This document shows, piece by piece, positions 38,495 to 62,767 of a stretch of 64,000 nucleotides of DNA (position 1 is its first letter; each line of letters starts with the position of its first letter). The position numbers were made by a program, and so were the translations under genes. The stretch comes from Amoebidium appalachense (Eukaryota; Protista; Ichthyosporea), in NCBI GenBank assembly GCA_963693365.1, contig CAVNZM010000004.1, positions 14,506,524 to 14,570,523 of the forward strand, in the 5' to 3' direction. The notes under the pieces are model-generated. The model was not told where the DNA came from and ran no database searches. It was given only the letters and a program-made list of their open reading frames with translations.

Positions 38495-39472
38495 CTGCGG
38501 GGGGCAGGAATGTAAATATTGGGTCAGGGGGGAAACAAAAGGCATACAAAAACGAAAAAGAAAAACAGGCCCGGCAAGGAGGTGTGCTTGTTCCTTCCTT
38601 CCTTCCTCACTTTCTTTCTGTCTGTATGTCTTCCTTCCTTCCTTATTTCCTTTCTCTCTGCCTGCATTCCTTCCTGCCTTTCTTCCTTCCTTCCTCTCCC
38701 TCCCTCTCCCTCCCCCTCTCCCCCCGACCTCACACCTCCCTCCCTCCCTCCCTCTCTCCATCTTTTCCTTCCCGGCCAGCTGACCGGATACAGTGGGCCA
38801 CCCAGTGGGCACGTGTGTGCACTCACAGCCACAGTGCGCAGGCACGGGCACGTACACCCCAGCCACAGGCAGTGTTGCATACCAAGGTACCCACGTGCCG
38901 GCACCTTGTTGTGCCCGTGTGCCTGCGGTGTACGTGCCCGAGCATATGCACTATGGCTGTATGTGCACACTTTCGCCAGGCTAGCCAACTGTGCCTGGTA
39001 CAAACGTCCCAAATGATCCGTGTGAGCACTATATTATGTTCTTGACGATACAGACCCATAGAGAATGCAGCCGGGGGAGAAGGGGGGAACAGCAACAAAA
39101 GGTCGTTTAGTTCAAGATAGATGACCATACAGAAAACCTCGCCGGAGGGGGGGGGGAGGGGGGGGGGGGGGGGGGAGTGTCCCACAAAAAGTGGAAAAAA
39201 AGGGGGGAAGGGGGGAGGGGGGTGGACAGCAGACAAAAGATAGCAACACATGATTCTAAGGCACTTAGGTGCATGTTTTTGTGGTGGAGGTGGTGCGACT
39301 TGGGTAAAGGAGGAGGCAGAGGTGGGGTGTGTGATGTGTGTGATAGTGTGCATCTTGGTGATGAGGTACAGGAATGCAAACAAACGTTCGTCGCGTGGGT
39401 AACTCCATGGAGGATCAAATGCGCGCGCGCGCGTGTGTGTGTGTGTGTGTGTTTTTCCCTCCTCCAGGGGAA

Positions 39473-39510
<38 letters not shown>

Positions 39511-40447
39511 GGGGGGGGGGGGGGAGGCGGGGTACAAGATTTGGGTGATGAAGACAAGAAGAATATTCGAGAAAAAAAGCAACAAGAAAACACGAATTTA
39601 GTATGGAAACCCTTTGCGCTCGGCCCCCTCTCCTAACTCCTCTAGCAGCCTTTGCGTAATTCCTCCCCTATCTTGTAAATATCCCTCCTTTCCCCTTTCT
39701 CCCCCTCCCGCCTCTTTAGCACAAACCCCTGTTACCTCCTCGCAACCACTAATCGGGAGGGGTCCAAACATACTTTGTTCGGAAGCCGGCAGCAGCTGCC
39801 CTTCCTGTCTTCTTTGTTTATGTTCACGAGAGGAGCCACAGAGGGAGCTCAAAGAACAAAAGGAAACACGACTTGCCTACACTGTCATTCTATCATCCTA
39901 ATTCCTAGCACCACACTTGTCAAGAACGCTAGCACCCCTGGTGCCCCGCCCTCAGAATAATATGCAGAATTACACTATCCGCATAAGCATGATGCATGTG
40001 GCTTGTATTACGTGTGACCTTGGAAACGAAGGGTTGTCGAGCTTGCTTTAAGAGTTTTAAAGGTCTATAGAATCAGTTTGATTGGTGTAATATCATCGTC
40101 TGAGTTTTTCATAGTGGCTCATGGCTCACAGGGCCTTTCGCGCAGTTGCATGCAGTTGTATGACAGCTCGGACACCTTCCGTCTTTGAAACAGCAGCGAA
40201 AGAAAGAGCATTGCACTACATAGACAGTAAATGCAAATGCGACGACAAATGGCCATGATCGACGGGCGAAGCCCTTGTGTGCACACACGCAAAAAAAAAA
40301 TTGTAATAACCCTCGTCAAAATCAGCTCGCCCAAATAACCGAAATCAAGTACAAAGGCTGCGCATGCACTGAGGCCGGCTAGGTCACACCAGCAAGCAGC
40401 TGCCACCCGCACATTAAACACACGCGTAGTTCTATTTTCGCACAAAC

Positions 40448-41572
40448 ATGCTCGCGGCAGGCACACCCAGTGCCTCTGCACGCACACAGGCGCTGCAGCT
40501 CGTGCGTGCGTTCCTTGCACGCACACAGGCCACCCACCCGCCCAGGCGCTATCTGTGGACCGACGCCTATGCCGTGCAGCTGCTGTGGGCACTGGGCGAG
40601 ACAGAGGCCGCCGAGCAGCTGGTGGGGCAGGTGCACAGCGTGCTGGGCCGCCACCACCCTAGGGACACGCAGGGCAGGCGGGGCTGGCTGGGTGGCCGTA
40701 CGGACGAGGACGCACGTGCACATCCCACACGCTGCGGCCTGCGCATAGGCAAGCCCTACCCGGAGAGGGGGCCGGGCGAGGCGTACGACCGCGACCTCGA
40801 GTGGGACCGTGACGGGCAGTACTTCCACTACCTCACACGCTGGATGGCCGCCCTGGCCTGCACGGGCCACGTGGGCTGGGCCGTGGAGCTGGCCGAGGGC
40901 GTGCACGGGCACTTTATGCGGCCACAGGGCACTGGTATGTTCTGGAAGGTCAGCGTCGACCTGGCCCGGCCACTGGTGGCGTCGCAGGGCCAGCACGACC
41001 CCCTTGACGGCTACGTCACATACTCCCTGCTGGCCGCTCTGGGCCCTGCCCCCACCCTGAAGAGGCAGAGAGAGGAGCTGGCTAGCCTGTGTGAGGGCAC
41101 AGACTGGGCCTCAGACGACCCCCTGTGCCTGGGCGGGCTGCTGGTGGCTGTGTGGCACATACTGCAGCTGCAGGCACACGGGCACACAGACAGGGCTATG
41201 ACGTCACTGCTGGAGGGGCTGGTGGAGGGGGCAGCAGAGGGGGTGGGGGTGTATGCCAGGCAGGGGGGTGTGGACAGGCCGGCACACCGCAGACTGGCCT
41301 TCAGACAGTTTGGGCTCTCAATAGGGTTAGAGGCAGCAAGGAGGGCTGTAAGGGTGGCCGAGGGGCTGGGAGTTAGTGCACACACACAGGCAGGGCTGAA
41401 AGAGATAGCAGGGCACTACGCACTCAGAGAGCACATACACGGGTTCTGGGGGGTGCAGGCACACAGGCAGGGGGGCACGTGGCTGGAGCACCAAGACATC
41501 AACGAGGTCATGTGGGCCGCCAGTCTGTGGCCTGAAGGCTGCCTGGCCTGGCCTGGTGACCCTATGCCCTAA
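40448..41572 (+). CDS. Intronless 374-aa conserved hypothetical protein of prokaryote-like family
   Basis: Clean ORF with GC3-rich codon bias. Motifs RYLWTDAYAV, HPT..GLRIGKP.PER, EWDRDGQYFHYLT.WM.AL, WK.S.DL.RPLV.SQGQHDPLDG, DDPL.LGGLL, RLAFR.FGLSIGL, H.DINEVM recall an uncharacterised family recognised from bacteria, archaea and fungi. Confidence 0.9.
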   Translation: MLAAGTPSASARTQALQLVRAFLARTQATHPPRRYLWTDAYAVQLLWALGETEAAEQLVGQVHSVLGRHHPRDTQGRRGWLGGRTDEDARAHPTRCGLRIGKPYPERGPGEAYDRDLEWDRDGQYFHYLTRWMAALACTGHVGWAVELAEGVHGHFMRPQGTGMFWKVSVDLARPLVASQGQHDPLDGYVTYSLLAALGPAPTLKRQREELASLCEGTDWASDDPLCLGGLLVAVWHILQLQAHGHTDRAMTSLLEGLVEGAAEGVGVYARQGGVDRPAHRRLAFRQFGLSIGLEAARRAVRVAEGLGVSAHTQAGLKEIAGHYALREHIHGFWGVQAHRQGGTWLEHQDINEVMWAASLWPEGCLAWPGDPMP

Positions 41573-41798
41573 TACGGCTGCTGGGGGGTGGTGGGTCTAC
41601 GTGCACTAGTGGTGCTGGGTGGGTGTGGTGTGTGCCTTGTTGGGTGTTAGAGGACCAGAGGTGGTGGGTTGTTGTCTGATAAACCTACTTTCCATGGAGG
41701 GGCAGGCCGGCAGAGGTCAGGCTCCACGTGACACACATGCACACACGCTGCCACGCGCACATTCGCACACACACAAACATAAACGCGGACGGCGCGCG

Positions 41799-41872
<74 letters not shown>

Positions 41873-42129
41873 TATGCGCACATACACACACACACACACA
41901 CGGTCCACTAGTATAGGGAAGCTGTAAAATTCGCCTTCGTAAAAAGAGCCCCTACTGTGAATCGGTCTGTATGTATGCCATAGTATGTGTGTATGCATAT
42001 GTACTCATGCATGTATATATGTATATTCATGTTTGTATGTATGTATTCATGTGTAATGATGTACGTATATAATGGCATATGGTGAGTGTGTGTGCTGTAC
42101 TACGGTGTGGGTGGGTAGGGCAAAAGCCG

Positions 42130-42167
<38 letters not shown>

Positions 42168-42479
42168 GGGGAGGTTTGGAGTTGTGCAGGCTCAGTTTAA
42201 CACGTCAAATTCGAAAAACACTCAAGCTCTGTGTAAATAGGTTTCTTTCTTTCCTTTCCTTTGTCTTTTTATTTTCTTTTCTTTTCTTTCGTTCACATCA
42301 CTTTTACTGGAAATCGGCCAAAGCGGCCCGTGATAAAATCACAAGCCCCAGATATGCACATGCCCACTGGTTTGATTGGTCAAACACAGCCAAATTATAC
42401 TCAGGCTATTTGGTAGCGCCCTCCCCAACGTGAAAACATGCCCCCCAAAGAGAAAAACACGTGGAAACCCCCTTGCGCC

Positions 42480-43887
42480 GCGCTCCCCACCGTAGAACGA
42501 CTCACAGTTAGTGGGCTCTAGCTAGTTTTCCGCAGTAGCGACCTCCAAGCCACACAACGCCGCGAAAACGCCGTTCCAACAGGCCCACTAGACCCAGAGC
42601 CACACGTTTTTTCGCAAAACCCACTACCCACCCTGCCCAACTCAACGCTTCAAGAAACCGGGTGCCTCCTGTAGGCTACAACCGCAACAACTTCTTAGTT
42701 CAACCCAACCCGTTAAGTGGTCCTCTCCCATTTAACGGTCCTAGAACCCACAGCGCACCCCGGAGCTACAAAAAACGCCCACCCCCCCCCCCCTCGCTTA
42801 CGGCCACTAACCCGGAACGTCCAAGCCCAAGCCCCGCTGTCGTAGCGGGCAAACCGACACCATCGAAGCAACCGAGGCCAACCAATCGGCCACTCATCGA
42901 CACCACCACCCCTATCTATCAAACGACCACAGTCTCGCCTGCATCATATGGTCGACACCAACCAGCCCACCGACCGCACCAACACATACGCCACCCTGGT
43001 CAGCACCCACCAACCTCCTGACCGCACCATCGTATGTCACCCTGGTCAACACAAAACCAGCCAAGTGCAACAGACCACAACGTCGCATGTGTCACCGTCC
43101 GGTCAACAGACAAACAGCTCCCGACCACACCTTCACATGCCCCAGTAGGTCACCACCAAGCAATTCGCCACCCACACTAACGAATGCTCCACCCGGTCAA
43201 CACCAACACTCCTTGACCACACCACGCATGCACAACCCGGCATTGCTATCACCAATCAACCCACGGACCACACTAGCACACGCCACCTGGTCAGCACCCA
43301 GCAACTTCCTGACCGCACCATCGTGTGTTCAACCCTGTCCGACACAAAACAACACTTCAACCACACACTGCATGTAAGCCCCACGGAGACCTTTGGGGAG
43401 GGCCCGACAACGCCTTCACATGCACTCGTTGGAGTTACCCAACAACCAACCGACCACACCAGCACATACGCCACCCTGGTCAGCACCCTGGCCACACCCG
43501 ATCGTATGCTCAACCCGGTCATCACCAACAAGCAGCCAACCAACCACACGCATGTGCCATCACCAGGCCAACACCAACAACCCCTGACCACGCCAACACA
43601 TGCACCACCCCCAATTCCGAACCAAAAACCGTTTTCTGTACCCTTAATCCCCTTTGAACTTGCCCTGTAACTCTGGGGGCTGCTGCTAAAAGTTAAAGGG
43701 TGGGGCTGCTGCGTGTATACTATGTATATTAATGGGCTGTTTAGAGACCGATCGTTCTGCCATGTCTGTCTAACAAACGGGCTCAGTTTAGAACGTGGGT
43801 ATGTAGGTCCTGTTGGGCTGGTACCTACCACTATTCAGCGGTACTGAATAAGACCTTAAATAAAAAGGTTCAAAACAAAAAAACAAA
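42480..43887 (+). mobile_element. Probable non-autonomous or truncated non-LTR retroelement
   Basis: Microsatellite-free, C/A-skewed block with internal repeats (catacgccaccctggtcagcaccc), 3' hairpins, AATAAA and a CAAAACAAAAAAACAAA tail. No RT motifs or TSD found, and the left boundary is approximate. Confidence 0.45.
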
Positions 43888-43980
43888 GGTACGTAGCCTA
43901 GCCTCAGCCCCCAGCTCTAAGGCTTTCCATCCCCACCCCCGCTCCCCCCTCCTCAGTTACTTCAGTTCCCTCCCCCCCCC

Positions 43981-44028
<48 letters not shown>

Positions 44029-45248
44029 CCACACAAACACCCCGCCATGGTGGTGCACCACCACCATCAAAAAAAGTTTACTACCCCCTGCCCCCTTTCC
44101 CTCGCCTCCCCCCCCCTTTTTTTGAGAGCGCTTTTTTTTGCCCATTGGCAACATGTGTGCCGACTTGCATACTGCTGTGGGTGATCCGGAAAGGGGCGCG
44201 CGGGGGGAGTGGGGGGGAGGGGGGGGGGGGGGGGGGGGGGGGAGGAGGGGGGGAGGGGGGTGGCGGTGGTGGTGGTTAATACATGTGTACGTGTGTGTGT
44301 CAGAGTGTGTGCTTGGCGGGAGGGGGGGGGGGGGGGGGGGGGGGGGGGCTCTGGCCACATGTGCAAAATATTTAAAGCTGTACCGATTTTGAAAGCAGAT
44401 CTGCGCACACGTGCTCCTGTTCTGACATTCTGTCATGTTCTGTTGCAACCTCCTCCGGCGGCGGCGGATCGGGGGGAGGGGGGGGGAGAGGGGGGGGGGG
44501 GGGGGGGGGGGGGGGCTGTGCGGGTCTGTGCAACCTCCAGGCTGACCCCTCTGCGTCTTCCCTGTTGCCCGGGCCGCTCTGCAGACACCGCCACTCCGTT
44601 CAGTTACAACGAGATCATTTGACGGCCAGGCTGGCAGTGAGCTACTCCCGAGATTCAAACGAATCTCAACCGCCCCTACCCGTACGCGTTGCTGGCCTAC
44701 AGTACATTTGAGTCGACGTACTGCTCTGGCAAAACAAAACGGAAACGAAGGCTTCCATGTCACCCTGCCATGATGCACAGATTAGTAGATGGTGTTGGGA
44801 GTCGACCGGCCGCGTAGAGGGCAGTGGGATCCCCCCGGCCCAGTGCCCAGTTGCCCCAGTGGCCTTGTCAGGCCTACCCGGGGGTTTACACACTATTTCT
44901 ATTTATCAGTTGGTAACTCCAGGGGGATTCCAAGGCGACCAATCAGATGAGGCAAGAGGCATGATGTCATTATGATGTAAACACTGTTACACGGGCCTTG
45001 TGCGTCCACTGCTAATAATGTCTGAAATAACACAGGGGTTCTATATGTAATACATAAGTGGTCAATTCCTCTAAGTGTTAAGGCAGATGACCACAATGCC
45101 ATACTGTTCAGTAAGAAGGAACTAATGATTTCTGGGTATACATATGTTTTGAAGTAATTTCGACATTCCTGATGTCGATCTCGTTACCAATCAGAATGTT
45201 TTAAGAGCCCAAAAACACATTCTTGGTGTTGCTGCTGCAGTGCTGAAG

Positions 45249-45416
45249 CGGCAGCCGGGTTTGCGTTACGAATCGTATTGGCCTAAAATACGGTTTAGAA
45301 AACCCCGCAATACGATTAAAAGTAGGCATCCAATTAGTCAATACGACCCTGAAGGGTGTCAAATGCTCGGAATTTGCCTAAATACGATTAAGAACGCCAA
45401 ACCCAGGCAACCCCTG
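45249..45416. mobile_element. Non-autonomous hAT-like MITE with 8-bp TSD
   Basis: TGCTGAAG directly flanks both ends (45241-45248, 45417-45424). The right end reads CAGGGGTTGCC on the minus strand. Imperfect IRs GGGTTTGCGTTACGAATCGTATT (45257-45279) / AATACGATTAAGAACGCCAAACCC (45381-45404). Internal repeated AATACG motifs. Confidence 0.7.
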
Positions 45417-45823
45417 TGCTGAAGATATTTCGGGACACTCTAATCACCCTATACCCAGGACTGTATGTGACAAGATCGGTTGATCAGCCCTGTGCTTTGA
45501 CGTTGAGCTTGCTCCCTTTCTAGTGTTACTAGTGAGATTTAGTTATGAGAGAACTACATTTTTACACATTTTTTGTTATAAAGAATTATAACATTAGCTT
45601 TTCTTTGGATTAAGAGATTACGCGAGCATGCACAGATCACGGAGCAGTTCTGGGGGGTCGATAAATCCAACCAATCACCTGCATTGTTATCACAGAAGAA
45701 TGTTCCAAATAGCCAATCTGGAAGCTACAAAAACCGTATGCTCCCCATTCTGTCTCAGTCACTCTCAAAAGTTCGCTCAGATAAGCCTACACCAAATACT
45801 CGAAGGAAACTATTAGCGCTACC

Positions 45824-46738
45824 ATGACCAAAGCATCCACCCACCTCGTCTTTTTTGCGCTTTTGCTCGGCGTTTTTGCACTTGTGCAGGCCGAAGACCG
45901 CCGACCCATGGGGCTCAAGAGTGTCGACTTCGGCAAGATCTACCCGGCAGGCGACTACCTCAGTGGCAACAACACAAACTGCCGCAATGCCGTCAACACC
46001 ACCTGCCCCGTGTGCATCCCCACGCGCACATCACGTGTCAACAAGACCGCGTGCGACCTGTGCCTGCAGACAAATATAGACACGCTGATTGCAGGCAACT
46101 GCACCTACCTGCAGTGCCAGAAGGCCGTGGGCACCACGTGCCCTGGCTGCACCCTGTTCGACAAGAACACCACGTGCACCCGCTGCCTGGCCAGGCCCAA
46201 TGTGACCGACCCCACGTGCCTGGAGTGCTTCCAGAAGGCAAACACGTGTGCCGTGTGCATCGACACGAAAGCACAGTCACTCATTGATGCAGGCTGCCAG
46301 GGGCTCAAGTGCCGGGCAGCAGTCAGCCAGATCTGTCCTGCCTGCCCCAGTGATGCCACGAGGACGGGGGAGTGCATCAAGTGTATCGAGTCTGGGGGCC
46401 AGGACACATCTGCATGCGATACGTGCAGGAGCAAGAGCAAGGACTGTGGGGCCTGCATCTACAACAACACAGCGGCACTAGTGGATGCTGGCTGTGATGC
46501 CCTCAAGTGTCTCAATTTCACCAAGACCACATGCAGTGCATGCACGGCCACAGTGGCCAATGTGGCCGAGTGCACGACCAAGTGCAAGGCAGGCCTGACT
46601 AGCACGGGGTGTGTGGCATGCTTCACCACCCTGCAGACTTGTGCAAAGTGCATGGGTGGACAGAGAGGGAAGTTTCCTAAGGGCTGCACTGGTATCCCTC
46701 CCTCCTTTGTGCTGCCGCGTCCTAGCGGTCGTCATTAG
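45824..46738 (+). CDS. Secreted cysteine-rich repeat protein (304 aa, 36 Cys), intronless
   Basis: Signal peptide MTKASTHLVFFALLLGVFALVQA, one 6-Cys and three 10-Cys repeats rich in CxxC, many N-x-T sequons, strong codon bias, acc ATG context. Confidence 0.9.
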   Translation: MTKASTHLVFFALLLGVFALVQAEDRRPMGLKSVDFGKIYPAGDYLSGNNTNCRNAVNTTCPVCIPTRTSRVNKTACDLCLQTNIDTLIAGNCTYLQCQKAVGTTCPGCTLFDKNTTCTRCLARPNVTDPTCLECFQKANTCAVCIDTKAQSLIDAGCQGLKCRAAVSQICPACPSDATRTGECIKCIESGGQDTSACDTCRSKSKDCGACIYNNTAALVDAGCDALKCLNFTKTTCSACTATVANVAECTTKCKAGLTSTGCVACFTTLQTCAKCMGGQRGKFPKGCTGIPPSFVLPRPSGRH

Positions 46739-47519
46739 AAGGAACGGCTGATATGGTGCCATACAGTAAGCTTGCGCAATGCATGTACGTGCGCATGCCG
46801 TGGCTCATGTTGTGCTGCAAGGAGGGGAAAAGCCGTCCGCAGATGGACAAGGAATACTTTGCAATGAGATGTATGTACATGCCATAGAGATCTGAAGATT
46901 TTTGTAGGTGGTAAGGCTGTATGAAAAGTCGTACATGCGAATATGTCTGATCGGATGTTTTTTTTTTGTAACCATAGTATTGTAACTTGAGCTGCCGCAC
47001 AATGGTGTGACGTGCCATTGCAATAAACTTCACGTGCCCAGTGGGTACTAAGACTCCCAGGCCATCACTAGACTAGCGATGTTGTTGGGCTGATCAAATA
47101 AAGTCACTGTGCAACTCACGAGCATCTGATTTTCGTTCCAAGACCCTTAATATTCACATACGTATACGTTAGGCACTCCTACACAGCGCCGTCATTTTGG
47201 GTAGTTGCGCACCGACGCAGGAGACGGCCACCTACTATAGTATAAATGAACTACATTACAGATGCATGTGCTTGTTAGAGACACAGTCATGGCAGAACAA
47301 AAACCGTTGCATATCATTGTGAAGTGCTCTTTCACAACTTTATAACGTCTCAAGCTTGTTGAAATCCACCTAGCAGCCGAGGTGGGAAAGGCGCCGACTG
47401 GTGTTGAAGTGATTCTAGAAGCCAAAAACACGTACACAAACACCTTCCCCACACACACGGCCCGCATGCCCCGACTGCGTATGCAGGCGCACCCAAGACC
47501 CACCCTACCGTGCAAGACC

Positions 47520-47892
47520 CCGCTATTAGCCTAATGATTACACCATAGCCACGCACCATGTACAAAACCATCTTGATAGGTTGCATCCCCACCACCAGGC
47601 CCCACCATACACCAATATCCACCGTAGCACCATCAACACCACACCCTACATTCCACCACCATAGATGAACCAGTGAGAGCCCGTGTTTAAAGATTATTCG
47701 TGGTTTTGGGTGGCACCAGCAAGGCTGGGGTGGAAACCCCTGGGATAAGTGCGAAATAGTTGGGATCGGTGAAATGGTGTTTAGTTTATAACTGATGGCA
47801 CCATCGCGCCCTACATAGCTAGAGTTTGGTCGATGCTGGGTGCAAGACGGTAGTTCCTCTAACAAAACGGGATAAATAAAAATAGAAAATTC
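47520..47892 (+). mobile_element. Possible 5'-truncated retroelement 3' end or structured insertion
   Basis: Short C/A-rich open frame ending ...TTPYIPPP*, followed by a foldable segment and an A-rich end (ataaataaaaatagaaaa). Confidence 0.3.
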
Positions 47893-48028
47893 TTAAGATA
47901 ATTCTGGTGTGTGCATGTGTGTGTACATGTGTGTGTGTGTGTGCGCGCGCGTGCAAGAGTGCGTGCGTGCGTATATGTTCATGTCATCGACATGGTAGTG
48001 GTTGTGGGTGTGCACCTTTTTTTTTTTC

Positions 48029-48082
<54 letters not shown>

Positions 48083-48146
48083 ACGGTGGGAAGGAGAGAG
48101 AGGGGAGGGAGAGATCTAGACAGGGGCAGTTCACAGGGATTGGGGA

Positions 48147-48183
<37 letters not shown>

Positions 48184-48788
48184 CGAAGAGAACAGCTTTT
48201 TTGCACCCTTTTTATGGTCATAATCAGTTATCAACTTTCACACGTGGGACAATTGCTGACACAGCCGGATCCACTGCCACCAATATATATGTAACCAAAT
48301 ACGGAAGGATCTCCGATCTACACCAATGAAAACAGCTCTCATATATATAAACGGACAGCCTCATGGCCAGCACGTGCACACCCAGAGACCCTATAAACTG
48401 CTCCTTCTCTCTCTGCCGCCTCTCTCTCCCCCCCCCCCCCCCCCCCCCCCCCTCTCCCCCCCTCCCCCTCCCTCTTGCCCCATCCCCATCCCATTCATGG
48501 CCGATCAGCAAACTTGCTTAGATTTGAGATTCAATCACATCGGGGTGCATGCTCTTGTTTGCTGTCCCTATATTTCATGTGTGTGTGTGTGTGTGTGTGT
48601 GGTGGTGGTGGTGGGTGGGGGGGGGGGGGGGGGGGGGGGGGGGGGAAGGGTTGCAAGGAGGAGGCACGAGCAAATAATATTTGTGGAACCACCAGGGTGC
48701 CTGTCTCTGTACATTCGATTGGGTGGGGACCTGCCAGCAGGCCCCCAAGATATTCATACGGGTCGAATCAGTGGAATTTCGGATCGGG

Positions 48789-57327
<8,539 letters not shown>

Positions 57328-58129
57328 GCTGCTTGCGGTGGCTGCCAGCACGCAGAGTTGCTGGTCACGGTCAGTAAGGAGTGGTGTCAGGGGCTTCCCA
57401 GCTGCAGTCCGCGGTGTAGAAAACCAAAAAAAAAAAAAAAAAAAAAAAAAATGTCTCAATGTGGAAAACTCAGTTTGGCGCGCTGTTGTGAAACGTCATA
57501 TACGTCATCACCCTGTGAGCCATTTGGTTACGTAAGCTGATGCTCTTTCATCCAATGGGTGCAGAGTTCCTGCTCACCAAATTCAGTGAACAAATCCGAG
57601 TCAGTGAAGCAGCCTGCACGTTGTTATGTGGCTGCATAACTGTGTTCATATCATTTTCGAGAAAAAAAAGCTCTATGTAAATACCGCAATACAAAAAGTC
57701 GTATTACATTATAACGATTTACGATTTTTCTTACACGGGCCATGCCATGATGATCAGGCTGATGCGAGGACGGCCGTCACAGCTAACCGAGTCACCCAAT
57801 ACTCGCTGCTTTGGAGCCCAAATGTGATCTGTGCAAAACTAAAACTCCTGTCTGACATTTAATGCGTTTCGCTTAGCTTGGATATATGTGTGTAGTATAT
57901 CAATCCATGTACCATCCGACCAACAATTGTTAGAACAACTCCGCCTCAAAAAGGCCATCTATCAAATTTTTTCTATGTTTGTAACGAATATTTCTGAGCT
58001 GTGCATTGACATAACAGTTAACTTAACTGCAAAATCAACACTTCAACAGCGTCTTTTTCATAATCCACGCAACCGACCCCTAATTTTCAAAGGTATAAGA
58101 CGTGGGTGAACTCTACGATGCGCCATAAA

Positions 58130-58155
58130 CCAATCAAATCAACTGTGACGTCACA
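58130..58155. promoter_or_regulatory. CCAAT plus CRE palindrome in the CSN1/AK6 divergent promoter
   Basis: CCAAT 58130-58134 and TGTGACGTCACA 58144-58155, about 120 bp upstream of the AK6 ATG. Confidence 0.6.
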
Positions 58156-58270
58156 TCTGTCTCTCTGCAGCACACTGCACGTGTTTCCACAAGAATTCAA
58201 GTGTGCCGCGTTAGCACTCTGCAAGCCTGAACTTCCACCAAGGGTACCCTCTTCCTGTGGGCACGGCAGC

Positions 58271-61142
<2,872 letters not shown>

Positions 61143-62037
61143 CCTTATATGGCAGGTCCGTGCTCTGTGCGCCAATCACAGGGCCAGAATCCTAGCAGAG
61201 TCGGTGGGGGTATTGGTTGGTTTCGTCTGTAGGCTCACCAAGTGTGTTAGATGCAAATAGAAGCACCCCTTGCACATGTCGTCACTATTTATACATAGTG
61301 GTAGGCTGTGTGCCCATGCCCTCACACGCTGCCCTGGCCCGCTGTCTATCGTTGCCATGGTTGTCTGTCTCCGGGCCGGGCTTGGGAACATGTTTTTCTC
61401 GTGGTTATTTTTAATTGCGTGCAAAACGGTGGGTGGTTTAGAGCAAAAAAATGATCATGAATGGTGCCACGTGGCCCTTCATAGATGTTGTTATATAGTA
61501 GCACCTTGCCTTTTAAATGGGTGCACCCCGAATGTGAAGAATAAACGCTTCTTCACATCGACATGAACAGTGAAGACATCAAGAATACGTGTATGATGGT
61601 GTACTCAACCTACACAGTGCCTAGATGGCCCAGGGGTGGCAGAATCATTACTGGCATAGCTATAGCCCCCCCCCACCCCCCTCCACGCCCACGCCCACCC
61701 CCCCACCCACCCACCCCATGCTATTACATAGATAGTATGTGCATTTCTCTGAGTCAGGAATATCAGGCTGCCATACACTACTAAAATAGCGGTGGTATGG
61801 CCATGCTTGTGAGCTGTGCACTCACTCTACCTTGGGAACGAGCTCTTGGTTTTTTTTTTCATTTTCCACTGCGCTCTCAAACTTCTGAAAACCCACCTTT
61901 AATACACCTATCCATCGACGCCCCCATACCTGCACATACCGGCGGCACGCACGTGAACACGCACGTGCGCACCCACACACGATCGCACACGACACACACA
62001 TACACACACGCGCGCACACGCACACACGCACAAAATT

Positions 62038-62082
<45 letters not shown>

Positions 62083-62767
62083 AACACACACACACACACA
62101 CCATTATGATACACGTACACACAAACACATACGCACACACAAGCACGCAAGCACACACGCGCGCGTGCACGCACGCACGCACACACATTCACACACACAC
62201 ACACGAACGCACACACGCACGCACCCACATGCACAGACATACACACACACGTACAGACACAAATACACACATACGCAAGCCGCAACGCATTCACAATCAC
62301 AGACGCACGCGCACACACGTGACACGCATGTACGCCGCACGCACGGCACACACGCATGCATGCGTGATGCACACTTTATTAGCACGCACACACGCACACA
62401 CTTTACACACACAAACGTACACACGTATGAGCGCGCACGTACGCACGCACACGCGGGCACGCAGCGCAGGCCTGCACGAACGTAAGAACCCACATACGCA
62501 CACACAAACACGCACACACACGCACACGCACACGCATGTACACGCGCCACCTCAGTGCCGCACGAACGTATTACACCTGCCCACACGCACACGCTCGCAC
62601 CTATGTCTGGACGGTACAAAGGCAAACAGTGCAAGGACGCTCTTCAAGTGTGCAGCTTAGTTTTTCGGTTAGTATTTTTTTGGTTTAGGTATTTTTACAC
62701 ACAAACATAACGCCCGTGGAACCTGGCGCTGTGTGTTGTACACGTGGTCAAGTGGTCCTCCGCTCGC

